Shown here: positions 18,497-27,621 of the stretch, piece after piece
How the letters are laid out: the number at the start of each line of letters is the position of its first letter
Position numbering within the stretch: position 1 is the first letter of the stretch
Source of the DNA: Sinosporangium siamense
GTDB lineage: Bacteria > Actinomycetota > Actinomycetes > Streptosporangiales > Streptosporangiaceae
Length of the DNA stretch: 64,000 nucleotides
Assembly: GCF_016863435.1 (NCBI RefSeq)
Contig: NZ_BOOW01000056.1
Coordinates: 16,717 to 80,716 of the forward strand
Direction of reading: 5' to 3'
The notes under the pieces: generated by a model
Told to the model about the DNA's origin: nothing
Seen by the model: the letters and a program-made list of their open reading frames with translations, nothing else
Databases searched by the model: none
Translations under genes and position numbers: made by a program

Positions 18497-18571
18497 TCGA
18501 TGGGAACTGCCTCGGTGGGAACTGCATTGATGGGAACTCCATCGATGGGCACCTCATCGATAAGAACCTCA
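18497..18571. repeat. Five tandem copies of a degenerate 15-bp direct repeat (TCGATGGGAACTGCC-like)
   Basis: tcgatgggaactgcc / tcggtgggaactgca / ttgatgggaactcca / tcgatgggcacctca / tcgataagaacctca. Lies between tRNA-Ala copy 2 and cutA. Confidence 0.7.
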
Positions 18572-18626
18572 CCGGCAGGAATTCCCCGGCGGGAAACCGG
18601 TGGGTCACACGGGAGGGGTTGCCGCC

Positions 18627-18962
18627 ATGGCGGTCTACGTGCAGGTGCAGACCACGGTGGAGAGCGCCGAGGAGGGCGCGGCCCTGGCCCGGAGCATCAC
18701 CGAGGCGCGCCTGGCCGCCTGCGTGCAGATCAGCGGCCCCATCACCTCCGTCTACTGGTGGCAGGGCGAGATCGAGGAGGCCGAGGAGCGGCAGCTCTTC
18801 ATCAAGACCACCGCCGACCGCCTCACCGCCCTGGAAGAGCACATCAAGGCGCGGCACGGCTACGACACCCCGGAGATCATCGTCGTCCCGATCATCGCCG
18901 GAAGCGCCGACTACCTGCGGTGGGTCGCCGAGGAGACGCGGCATCCCGAGGTCGCGCCCTAG
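18627..18962 (+). CDS. cutA: Divalent-cation tolerance protein CutA
   Basis: MAVYVQVQTTVESAEEGAALARSITEARLAACVQISGPITSVYWWQGEIEE...YDTPEIIVVPI matches the CutA1 family. Confidence 0.8.
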   Translation: MAVYVQVQTTVESAEEGAALARSITEARLAACVQISGPITSVYWWQGEIEEAEERQLFIKTTADRLTALEEHIKARHGYDTPEIIVVPIIAGSADYLRWVAEETRHPEVAP

Positions 18963-19430
18963 CCGCCGTCCTTACTCCGTGAAGTCCTGGCATGTGAGAC
19001 TCCACGTCGTCCGCCCTGACCCAGTCGACGATTCGCACCACATTGACGCCGGGCATGGCGTCGGCGGTGCAGACCCACTGGCCGAGCGCCGCCCCGGTCG
19101 GCCGCTTCTCCAAGGTGAGGACCATGGCGTCGCCTTCGGGCTCCACCTCGATCCCGTAGCCGGAGCCGTCGATGGCAGTGGTGATGCCGTCCGCCGCCTC
19201 GGCGGCGGTTGGGCCGTCGACCAACTGCATCAGCGCATAACCATTCGCTGGCATGAGCGGAGCAGTCCTGGTGACCCGGACAAGTTTCCCCTTCTTCACG
19301 AAATACACCGCGTTGGTCGTGGTGGAGGCTCGCGCGATGGGCGCGTCACCCGCGGGAGTGATGCCCGTCGGCTGGATGCCGCACCCCACCGCCGTCACGG
19401 CGAGGAGCAGAACGGCGGCGAGTCGTCTCA
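18892..19430 (-). CDS. Lipoprotein (lipobox LLLAVTAVGC); GerMN-like secreted domain
   Basis: GTG start preceded by GGAAGGAG. Signal peptide with lipobox cysteine. 3' end overlaps cutA convergently by ~70 nt, so the C-terminal extent is uncertain. Confidence 0.45.
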
Positions 19431-19537
19431 CTGTTCTCCTTCCTGCTGCTCCAAGGGGAGCCACACGGTGAACACCGCTCCCCCCTCGGGGACGTTGGCG
19501 GCGGTGACCGTAGGCATCGCGGCCGGACGAGCAGCGC

Positions 19538-20254
19538 GTGGGCAACTACGCGTACGGGCGCTACCTGTCCTGCGTGGCGATCGCCTGGGCTCTCGCGGGC
19601 CTCGCCGTACTCGCGCGCCGCGGGAGGAGGACGATCGCCGCCGGCGCGGGCGGGGCCCTCGCGCTGCTCGCCGGGACCGGGGCCGTGGCGGCGCTCTATG
19701 CGGGGGATCGGCTGCGGCGCTACAACTTCATCGCCTTCGACTTCCCGGAGACGTCGTTCCTCACCGGGCGCTACGACGCGCTCGACATGGCGGGCGCGTC
19801 GGCGGCGGCGGCCGGTCTGCTGCTCTGCTTCGTGCTCGCCGCCGGTGCGTTAGCGCACCTGCACCGGCTGCGCGTCACGCTGGTGGCCGCGGCCGTCATG
19901 GCGGTGAACGTGCTGTTCACCGTGGTCGTCGCGCAGCAGAGCTCCGTCCCTTCTGGCGGCGGGGGCATCCCTCCGCTCCAGCGGGGCGGTGTGGCCCTGG
20001 ACCGCGAGGTGGACTGGACCGTGCGCCTGTGGATGACATATCGCATCCCGTGGACGCGGATCGAGAGGTTCGACGCCGGCGGCGCCGCGGTCCCGCCGGG
20101 CACGTGCACGGTGGTCGTCCCCTTGCCTGAGGGAGTCCGGCCCGCAGACACCTGGCAGGCGCGGCCGGAGGGATGGGCTCCGGTCGGAAGCGGCGGACCG
20201 CCCCGCGGGTGGGTCGCGTGGAGCGCTCCCTCATGTCTCAAGGGGGACGGCTAA
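19538..20254 (+). CDS. Membrane protein, hypothetical
   Basis: GTG start. Four to five hydrophobic helices, then a soluble C-terminal region. Confidence 0.4.
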   Translation: MGNYAYGRYLSCVAIAWALAGLAVLARRGRRTIAAGAGGALALLAGTGAVAALYAGDRLRRYNFIAFDFPETSFLTGRYDALDMAGASAAAAGLLLCFVLAAGALAHLHRLRVTLVAAAVMAVNVLFTVVVAQQSSVPSGGGGIPPLQRGGVALDREVDWTVRLWMTYRIPWTRIERFDAGGAAVPPGTCTVVVPLPEGVRPADTWQARPEGWAPVGSGGPPRGWVAWSAPSCLKGDG

Positions 20255-20874
20255 CGCTCCTCCCACTTCTGGATGAGTGGGCTGTAGCCGTGCCAGGTGC
20301 AATAGATGATCGAACCCTTGCGCGTCGAGTCGAGCAGGTCGACGCGGATGTAATACGGCTGCCAGGTGACCTCCGACTGGTAACCCGGGTTGGTCTGCGC
20401 GACCACGAACTTGCAGACATTGTCCGCGATGTCGAAGGTCACCGAACCGCCCTTGGCCTTGACGTTCTCGATCTTGCCGCCCGCCACCTGCGGCGCGGGG
20501 CCCTCCGACGTGGAGCCTCGCGGGGTGGGTGACGTCTCGGGGGTCGGCGACGACCGCGCGGGGGCCTCGATCGCGCGGTCGAGGGCCACGGCGGGAGCGG
20601 TCGGCTTCCGCTCGGGGCTCCCTACGCGCCCGGTCTGGCCCGACCGCTCGGAAGGCGACGGCCGGGGGGACTTGGATGGTTTAGGAGATGGGATACGTTC
20701 GGGAGTAGGTTCGGAGGCGCCCGGGCTGGGCGAGGCGTCTGCCATAGCGGATTCCATATAGACGTCGTCGTGCGGCCCGTCGTTAAGGACATCCCTAACG
20801 CCAAACCACGCTACGGAAACCGCTAGTGCGGTTGCCCCACACCAGATCGCGCCATAACCCAGCGTTCTCCGCAT
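20251..20874 (-). CDS. Membrane-anchored hypothetical protein with Pro/Ser-rich linker and ~90-aa C-terminal domain
   Basis: N-terminal TM (YGAIWCGATALAVSVAWFG), a PSPGASEPTPERIPSPKPSKSPRPSPS linker, and a conserved-looking C-terminus (GSVTFDIADNVCKFVV...IIYCTWHGY). Confidence 0.4.
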   Translation of the reverse strand: MRRTLGYGAIWCGATALAVSVAWFGVRDVLNDGPHDDVYMESAMADASPSPGASEPTPERIPSPKPSKSPRPSPSERSGQTGRVGSPERKPTAPAVALDRAIEAPARSSPTPETSPTPRGSTSEGPAPQVAGGKIENVKAKGGSVTFDIADNVCKFVVAQTNPGYQSEVTWQPYYIRVDLLDSTRKGSIIYCTWHGYSPLIQKWEER

Positions 20875-20930
20875 GCTTGAATTATGGAGTATTGCCCCTG
20901 AAGTCGCTCCCGTTACTACCGTTATGTCCT

Positions 20931-21608
20931 ATGGCGACGGTGCTCGTGGTGGAGGACGATGACTTCGTCCGCTCAGCCATGATCCAAGAACTCAAGCGGC
21001 GGCATCACGCGGTGCGAAGCGCGGGATGCGCCCTCGACGCGCTGCGGGAGATCTCCCAGCAGCCCCCAGACGCGGTCATCCTCGACCTCGGCCTCCCCGA
21101 CCTGGACGGGGCCGAGGCGCTGAAGATGGTCAGAGGCATCTCCGACGTACCGGTGATCATCGCGACAGCCCGTGACGACGAGGCGGAAATCGTGCGGCTC
21201 CTGCAGGCGGGAGCCGACGACTACCTGGTCAAACCCTTCTCAGGAGATCATTTGAACGCCCGCCTGGAAGCCGTCTTGCGGCGGTCGCGGGCTGTGGCTC
21301 CCCCACGCGTGCTTCGCGTGGGAGGGCTCAACCTGGACATGGACCGCAGGGAGGCCCAACTGGACGGTGCCCCCCTCGCTTTGACCCGGCGCGAGTTCGA
21401 CCTGCTCGCCTACCTGGCGAACCGGGCCGACCGCGTCGTGTCCAAACGCGAACTGCTGGCCGAGGTGTGGCGGCAGTCGTACGGCGACGACCAGACCATC
21501 GATGTGCACCTGTCCTGGCTAAGGCGCAAACTCGGAGAAAGCGCCTCGGCTCCGCGATATCTGCACACCGTGCGCGGTGTCGGAGTCATGCTCGCGACGC
21601 CCCGGTGA
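20931..21608 (+). CDS. OmpR-family two-component response regulator
   Basis: Receiver (MATVLVVEDDDFVR, DAVILDLGLPDLDG, DDYLVKPF) plus winged-helix (LTRREFDLLAYLANRADRVVSKRELLAEVW). Confidence 0.9.
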   Translation: MATVLVVEDDDFVRSAMIQELKRRHHAVRSAGCALDALREISQQPPDAVILDLGLPDLDGAEALKMVRGISDVPVIIATARDDEAEIVRLLQAGADDYLVKPFSGDHLNARLEAVLRRSRAVAPPRVLRVGGLNLDMDRREAQLDGAPLALTRREFDLLAYLANRADRVVSKRELLAEVWRQSYGDDQTIDVHLSWLRRKLGESASAPRYLHTVRGVGVMLATPR

Positions 21609-22933
21609 GGCGCACCCTGGCCCTGCTGGCGGTCGCGAGCACCTCCATGGTGACACTCGCCTTCCTGATCCCGCTGGCCCTGGTCGTCAAGGAGACCGCC
21701 TACGACCGCGCGACCGGCGACGCGCAACGACAGGCATCGGCGCTGGTCCCGGTGCTGGTCATCACGTGGGAGCACGACAAGCTCATGCTGGCGATCAGAC
21801 AGACCGACCTCGGCGCGCAGGACCGCATCGCGGTGCACCTGGGCAACGGCACCAAGGTCGGCAACGCCCGCGCTCCCCAGGCGGAGGTGGACAAGGCCTT
21901 CGCCCGAGCACGCTCGGACGACTGGGTCACCAAGGACGACTACTACCTGCTCAGGCCGGTGACCTTCGACCGGGACCGCATGGCGGTCATCGAGGTGCGC
22001 ATGCAGGCGTCGGAGCTCAGCCGGGGCGTGGCCCCCTCGTGGGCGGTGCTCACCGGGGTGGCCTCCGTACTCGTGCTCGGGTCGGTCTTCGTCGGCGACC
22101 GGCTGGGCGCGCGGCTCGTGCTCGCCACCCAGCGGCTCGGCGAGGCGGCCACCCGCCTCGGCAAGGGCGACCTCAGCGTCCGCATCCAGCCGGCCGGTCC
22201 GCACGAGCTCGTGAAGGTGGGCGCGGCCTTCAACCGGATGGCCGACCGGGTCAACCAGTTGTTGTCGGCCGAACGCGAGATGGCGGCCGACCTCTCCCAC
22301 CGGCTGCGCACGCCGCTCACGGCGCTGCGGCTCACGCTCGACCACCTCGGCCCCGGTGCCGAGCCGAGCAAGGCCGCGCTCGGCCGCCTGGAGCACGAGG
22401 TGGACGCGATCATCTCGGCGGCGCGTCAGCCGTCGCGGACGGTCGGGTTCGCCCACTGCGACGCGGCCGAGGTGTTGCGCACGCGCGTCGCCTTCTGGTC
22501 GGCGCTCGCCGAGGACCAGCACCGGGCGTGGGAGCTGATCGGGGCGTCCGAGCCGGTGCCTGCGCCGGTCGCCGCGACCGAGCTCAGCGCCGTGATCGAC
22601 GCGCTGCTCGGCAACGTGTTTCGGCACACCCCCGAGGGGTCGGCCTTCACCGTCACCCTGCATCAGGGGTCGGGGATGGTCGGCATCCTCGTGGCGGACG
22701 CGGGCCACGGCATCCCCGACCCGGAGATCGCGCTTGAGCGCGGCGCGAGCGGCTCGGGCTCCACGGGGCTCGGGCTGGACATCGCGCGGCGGCTCGCCGA
22801 GTCGACCGGCGGATCACTGCGCATCCGCACCTCGTCGTGGGGCGGAGCGCAGATCCAGCTCTGGCTGCGCACGGCCGAGCAACCGCAGTCTCCGCCGAAC
22901 GAACGCAGGCTCGTACGGCGGAAGCGGGCTTGA
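21605..22933 (+). CDS. Sensor histidine kinase (HAMP + HisKA + HATPase)
   Basis: GTG start overlaps the regulator stop (GTGA). Two TM helices. H-box LSHRLRTPLTALRL. ATPase motifs (DAGHGIPD, GSGSTGLGLDIARRL). Confidence 0.85.
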   Translation: MRRTLALLAVASTSMVTLAFLIPLALVVKETAYDRATGDAQRQASALVPVLVITWEHDKLMLAIRQTDLGAQDRIAVHLGNGTKVGNARAPQAEVDKAFARARSDDWVTKDDYYLLRPVTFDRDRMAVIEVRMQASELSRGVAPSWAVLTGVASVLVLGSVFVGDRLGARLVLATQRLGEAATRLGKGDLSVRIQPAGPHELVKVGAAFNRMADRVNQLLSAEREMAADLSHRLRTPLTALRLTLDHLGPGAEPSKAALGRLEHEVDAIISAARQPSRTVGFAHCDAAEVLRTRVAFWSALAEDQHRAWELIGASEPVPAPVAATELSAVIDALLGNVFRHTPEGSAFTVTLHQGSGMVGILVADAGHGIPDPEIALERGASGSGSTGLGLDIARRLAESTGGSLRIRTSSWGGAQIQLWLRTAEQPQSPPNERRLVRRKRA

Positions 22934-23070
22934 CCTGTGCGTTCACACCGAGCCGCACCCGCGGCGCGCCCTCCACCGAAGTGGATCAAGATTGAAAGGG
23001 CGCATAAAGAGAGATTAAGTGCGACTAAAGCAGGCGATTCCCCGTCTCGCAGCCCGCCAGAGTATGCGCC

Positions 23071-24144
23071 ATGGGAATCGCCTCTACTACCCGTCGTAAG
23101 GCCCTTGCCACCGCCGTCGTCGCCGCACCCTCACTGCTGGCGCTGACGTTGGTGCCGGGCTCGGCGTATGCCCACGGCACAATGAGCAACCCGCCAAGCA
23201 GGACGTGGGTCTGTTTCAACGAAGGTCCGGAGAACCCGAAGACCGCAGCGTGCAAACAAGCCGTCGCGATCGGCGGCACGCAGCCGCTGTACGACTGGCA
23301 CGAGGTCAACATCGGGGACGCCAACGGACGCCATAGACAGCTCATCCCCGACGGCAAGCTGTGCAGCGCCGGACGTGACAAGTATCGCGGCTTCGACCAG
23401 GCCCGAGCCGACTGGCCGACGGCGGCGCTGCCGTCGACCGGGCAGCACACGTTCAACTACCGCGCCACGGCTCCCCATCGGGGAACCATCGAGCTGTACG
23501 TCACCAAGGACGGCTACGACGCCACCAAGCCACTGAAGTGGTCCGACCTGGAGGCGCAGCCGTTCCACCGTGCGACCAACCCGACGCTCGTGAGCGGTGC
23601 GTATCAGATGAACGCCAAGCTCCCGAGCAAGAGGGGACGCCACCTCATCTACTCCATCTGGCAGCGGAGCGACAGCCCCGAGGCTTTCTACACCTGCTCT
23701 GACGTCGTCTTCGGGGGCGGCGGCGGCACCGACCCGACACCGACCCCGACGCCCACGGGGTCCCCCACGGCCTCGCCCACGGCCTCCCCCACGGGGTCGC
23801 CCACGGCATCGCCCACGGCCTCCCCGACCGGGTCGCCGACCCCGACCCCGACTCCCACGCCCACCGACCCGCCCGGCGGCGGGCATGGCGACATCAACGC
23901 CGGCGTCGGTGTGCGGCCCGCGATCGTGCGCACCGGAGAGTCCGTCGCGGTCAGCGCGCTGTGCGGCGGCAGTTCGGTCAAGAGCATCTCCTCACGCGCC
24001 TTCAACCCGCAGCGCGTGAACTCCCCCAACCCGGCCTCGAACTGGTATCCGACGTTCAAGGCCGCCCGCCAGGGCAAGCACACCGTCAGCGTCTTCTGCG
24101 CCAACGGCGGCAGCGCCCGCACCGTGCTCACCGTCACCAGGTGA
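23071..24144 (+). CDS. Secreted lytic polysaccharide monooxygenase (AA10 family) with Thr/Pro-rich linker and unassigned C-terminal domain
   Basis: Signal peptide ending ...GSAYA followed directly by HGTMSNPPSR (N-terminal His of the mature enzyme). Body resembles AA10/CBP21. (TPTP/SPTA)n linker. C-terminal ~110 aa with two Cys pairs is not an obvious CBM2. Confidence 0.75.
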   Translation: MGIASTTRRKALATAVVAAPSLLALTLVPGSAYAHGTMSNPPSRTWVCFNEGPENPKTAACKQAVAIGGTQPLYDWHEVNIGDANGRHRQLIPDGKLCSAGRDKYRGFDQARADWPTAALPSTGQHTFNYRATAPHRGTIELYVTKDGYDATKPLKWSDLEAQPFHRATNPTLVSGAYQMNAKLPSKRGRHLIYSIWQRSDSPEAFYTCSDVVFGGGGGTDPTPTPTPTGSPTASPTASPTGSPTASPTASPTGSPTPTPTPTPTDPPGGGHGDINAGVGVRPAIVRTGESVAVSALCGGSSVKSISSRAFNPQRVNSPNPASNWYPTFKAARQGKHTVSVFCANGGSARTVLTVTR

Positions 24145-24544
24145 GCACCCCATGAGCTGAGAGGGCCGGGCGTCCGAGTCGCCTGGTCCTCTCGCCCTTT
24201 CCGGCACCCGGCATGTCCGCCAGGCTCCGCCGTACCTCCCGAGGGTGCGCGGAGGCGATGACCGCCGGAGACGGCCTCAACGAGGCGGCCGACTCCGCGG
24301 GGCGCGCACAGGCGGCCGAGTGCCGCGTCGATCGGCAGCCGCTCCTCCCCCACGGGAGTGCGGAGGCCGGCTCGGCCCGGCCGGTCACCTGGCCGGGCCG
24401 GGCGGCGAGCGCCCGGAGCACCGCCATGGAGGCGGCGCCGAGCGGATGCACGACCCCCTCGACGAGTACGGCGTGGCCGTGCGGTTCGAGAATCACACCC
24501 CCGGCCCGGACACGTGTAGCGCGGCGGGGCAGCTCGTCGGCCAC
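24134..24544 (-). CDS. Possible stand-alone winged-helix (OmpR/SARP-type DNA-binding domain) protein; uncertain
   Basis: High GC3 coding signal. First 50 aa (VILEPHGHAVLVEGVVHPLGAASMAVLRALAARPGQVTGRAE) fit the OmpR-C wHTH pattern. Remainder is low complexity. Confidence 0.3.
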   Translation of the reverse strand: MADELPRRATRVRAGGVILEPHGHAVLVEGVVHPLGAASMAVLRALAARPGQVTGRAEPASALPWGRSGCRSTRHSAACARPAESAASLRPSPAVIASAHPREVRRSLADMPGAGKGERTRRLGRPALSAHGVLTW

Positions 24545-24795
24545 GGCCTTGGCGAGAGCCGCGAGCCGCGACCGGCCGGGGGTGAGCGGGGTATGGCGAG
24601 GAGCCGCACCTCTGAGCTATAGGAATAGCCCAAAACCCGGCAATTCGCCCAGCTGTAAATAACTGCCCCCCAGCTGAATACTTCTTCCCGCGCCAATGCC
24701 CCAGACCACCGCCCTCATTCTTCGCGCCATCCCTATAAAGCTGGAAGAATGCTTTTCAAGCACTAGATGTAGCACGGACGGGGCTGGGGGGAACG

Positions 24796-26121
24796 GTGGG
24801 CGCAGACGACGTACAAGCGAGTCCGCCACTGAGCCGAAAAAGCGGACCAATAGCAAGATTCTTCGTGTTTTCCAGCGGCGCGGACGCCGCGATCCTCGAT
24901 CAATGCCCGACTGTGGAACGCACGCGATATGCCGGACTGGGCGGCCTCGTGCTGACCACGGCGATCATGGCGGGTATCGCCATGACGGTGGCCTTGACCC
25001 TCGCCTTCCGCGCACCACTGGCGGTCGCGGTGGGGGCGGGCGCGTTGTGGTGCTTAATCATCTTCAATCTCGACCGATGGCTGGTCTCCGGCTATCGCCC
25101 GCAGACATCCAGACGCGGAAAGATCATGGCCGTCGGGCCGCGCATTCTGCTTTCCGTGGTGCTGGGACTCACCATCTCAGAACCGCTCGTGCTGCTCATT
25201 TTCGAGCCGGAAATCCGCGCAGAAGCCGTCGAGAACCGGGTCTCCGCGCAGAACGCCGCGGACGAGCGTATCGCCGGCAACACCGGCGCACAGCGCATCG
25301 AGGCCCTCAGAAAAGAGATCACGGATATCCGCGCGCAGAACACCGGCACCAATCCGGCCGGCGAGCTCGGAAAACTCATCCAGGAGCGCGACGAGGTCCA
25401 GAGGAACTGGCAGAGCAACGAAAAGGCACTGGCCGAGGCCAGGAACAAGGCTTTCGGCGAGGGAAACGGCACCGCGGGCAGCGGCGTGCCCGGCGCGGGG
25501 CCGAGATATGAGGAGCTCCGGGACGACGTCGCCACGCTCGATAGGAAGGCGGCCGATCTGAAGGCCGAGGAGGCGGGACTCGACCGGAGGATCGAGAGGG
25601 CGCGGCAGGCCGAGGAGACCCGCGTCAAGGAGCGGGAGGACGAGATCAGACGGCTCAGCGCCGCCCAGAACTCCCGGGCCGCCGAGCAGGCCGAGGCCAT
25701 CGGGCGCAGCGACGGGCTCGTGGCCCGCATCAACGCGCTGTTCACCCTGGGTGAGAAGCACACGGCGGTCTTCCTCGCCCACATCGTGCTCGCCCTGCTG
25801 ATCCTCCTCATCGACCTGCTGCCGATCACCGGGAAGATCCTCATGAGCAGCGGCGGCAGGAGCTCCTACGACAACCTCCTCGCCGCCAGGGAGATCGAGA
25901 TCGCCGAAGGCGCGGCCCTGCGTGTCCTTGAGGCCCGCGAGCGGACCACCCTGGCCACGATGAGGGCGGGCGAACGCAAGCGGGCCGCCCGCGACATCGC
26001 CCGCATTCACATGGCCGACGAACGCTACGAGCAGGAGCAGAGATCACGCCGGCGCCGCCGTTCCCTGGACGAGCGGGTGCCGTTCCAGGAGACGGGCGAG
26101 TGGAACGGACTGACACCGTGA
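24796..26121 (+). CDS. DUF4407-like membrane protein: two N-terminal TM helices, long coiled-coil, C-terminal TM
   Basis: TVERTRYAGLGGLVLTTAIMAGIAMTVAL...LWCLIIFNLDRWLV N-terminus. ~250-aa Glu/Arg/Ala-rich coiled coil. C-terminal hydrophobic helix (FLAHIVLALLILLIDLLPI). Preceded by an AT-rich putative promoter region at 24600-24800. Confidence 0.55.
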   Translation: MGADDVQASPPLSRKSGPIARFFVFSSGADAAILDQCPTVERTRYAGLGGLVLTTAIMAGIAMTVALTLAFRAPLAVAVGAGALWCLIIFNLDRWLVSGYRPQTSRRGKIMAVGPRILLSVVLGLTISEPLVLLIFEPEIRAEAVENRVSAQNAADERIAGNTGAQRIEALRKEITDIRAQNTGTNPAGELGKLIQERDEVQRNWQSNEKALAEARNKAFGEGNGTAGSGVPGAGPRYEELRDDVATLDRKAADLKAEEAGLDRRIERARQAEETRVKEREDEIRRLSAAQNSRAAEQAEAIGRSDGLVARINALFTLGEKHTAVFLAHIVLALLILLIDLLPITGKILMSSGGRSSYDNLLAAREIEIAEGAALRVLEARERTTLATMRAGERKRAARDIARIHMADERYEQEQRSRRRRRSLDERVPFQETGEWNGLTP

Positions 26122-27614
26122 CCGGCCCCGTGAACGGCACGCAGAGATCGGCCCGCCGCTTCGAGAAGGGTCCGGCCGACCGGCTGATCCACCTTGTCGA
26201 CCTGCCGAGCCGCATCCTGGTCGTGGAGGAGGGGCACCGGGTCGCCGTCCGGCACAACGGCAGGATCCTGCCCCGGCTCCTGCGCCCGGGGGTGCACATG
26301 CCGCTGTTCGGGCTGCCGCTCCTCGGCAACCTGGAGGTGGTGGTCTTCAGCGACCGCAAAGCCCGCCAGGCGGGCAGGGTCGCCAAGGTCCGCCTCCAGG
26401 ACGAGGCCTTCGCCGACTTCTCCTACGTCGCCTGGGTGCGCCTCGACGCCTTCACCGACGAGGAGGTCCTCGACTGGTTGCGGGAGTTCGAGACGACCGA
26501 CCTGTCGGACACCCGGCTGCTGAGCCGTGAGCTCGACTTCCGGGTGCGCCGGTCGTTGTCCCGCCTCACGGTGGCGCAGCTCCGGCACCGGGACTTCGAC
26601 CTTCCGGCCCACCTGGAGCGGGATCTCACCGGGACCCGCGGCGGCTTTCTGGAGATCGTCGCGATCGAGCAGGCCGCGGCGGTGGGGAACGTCACCGCGC
26701 TGGAGGACGACCTCGCCACCCGGCACCGGGTGCAGGACGACCTCTACCGGCGGGCCGAGCGGCTGGCCGGCGCCGTCGGCGACCTGCGGCCGGCCACCGG
26801 CGACGACCTCCAGCTCGCCCTGGTCGACGGCCGCCTTGAATGGGCCGACCGGGAACTCGGCGAACTCGCGAGGCTGTGCCGTACACACGGTCTGACCGAC
26901 CCCCGCACTTCGGCGGCGCTCGCGCGGTGCGCGGCGACCGTCGTCGGCGCCGCGCTGCTGCTGCGCCCCGGCGACGCCGGGCACCGGCGTCGCTCACAGG
27001 AGATGATCATGTCCTCGCGCGCCTGGGAGGTGCTGCTGCGCGTCCGCCCCACCGTGGGCGCGGCGGTCACTGAGGCCCTGCGCGACGACGACCCCGAGGC
27101 GGCGCTCCCCCTCCTCGGCGCGGTCTTTGGCCCACTCCGCACGACGGGCGACCCCGCCCCGAGCCGCCCCTGGGAGATCCCCTCCCACCTGGTCAGATCC
27201 CCGGCGGCGCAGCGGGCGGCGGCGGAGCTGACGGCGCCTGTGGCGGGATGCTGGGTCGGCGCCTCCCCCATGCCAGGGGAGGAGATGCTCTTCCTCGTCG
27301 CCCCCGACCCGGGCGCCGTACTGAAGGAGCTCAACGGCGACCACCTCGACCTCGTCGAACGGGCGGGGGCCGACCGGCTCCTCGTCCTCCCCCTGGAGGC
27401 CGGCCACACGTCCTGTCTGCCCGCGTGGTTCTATGCGATCGTCGGCCACATGCCCGGCCGCGTGACCGCCGCGGCCGCGGCCGACGGCACCGTGCTGCTC
27501 GGCGTCTCACCTGAGATCCGCGCCCGGGACGTGCCGAGAACCGCCGTCGCCGCCTTCGCCGGCGCCCTGTGCGGCCTCACCGGCGCTCCCGGGGTGGCCT
27601 TCGTCTCCACCTGA
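26118..27614 (+). CDS. Hypothetical protein, possibly with a divergent SPFH/band-7-like N-terminal region; translationally coupled to the DUF4407-like gene
   Basis: Start (ATG 26100 or GTG 26118) overlaps the upstream stop. ILVVEEGHRVAVRHNGRILPRLLRPGVHMPLFGLPLLGNLEVVVFSD resembles the SPFH core. Rest is alpha-helical and Ala/Arg-rich. Confidence 0.45.
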   Translation: MTGPVNGTQRSARRFEKGPADRLIHLVDLPSRILVVEEGHRVAVRHNGRILPRLLRPGVHMPLFGLPLLGNLEVVVFSDRKARQAGRVAKVRLQDEAFADFSYVAWVRLDAFTDEEVLDWLREFETTDLSDTRLLSRELDFRVRRSLSRLTVAQLRHRDFDLPAHLERDLTGTRGGFLEIVAIEQAAAVGNVTALEDDLATRHRVQDDLYRRAERLAGAVGDLRPATGDDLQLALVDGRLEWADRELGELARLCRTHGLTDPRTSAALARCAATVVGAALLLRPGDAGHRRRSQEMIMSSRAWEVLLRVRPTVGAAVTEALRDDDPEAALPLLGAVFGPLRTTGDPAPSRPWEIPSHLVRSPAAQRAAAELTAPVAGCWVGASPMPGEEMLFLVAPDPGAVLKELNGDHLDLVERAGADRLLVLPLEAGHTSCLPAWFYAIVGHMPGRVTAAAAADGTVLLGVSPEIRARDVPRTAVAAFAGALCGLTGAPGVAFVST

Positions 27615-27621
27615 CACACGC

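Noticed and set aside
18497-18571. Possible CRISPR array
   Set aside because: 15-bp units directly abutting without spacers. Far below CRISPR repeat and spacer sizes. No cas genes in the window.
18247-20130. 627-aa plus-strand ORF spanning the tRNA-Ala, the 15-bp repeat array, cutA and the lipoprotein
   Set aside because: Runs through a tRNA gene and several genes in other frames. Artefact of stop-codon scarcity.
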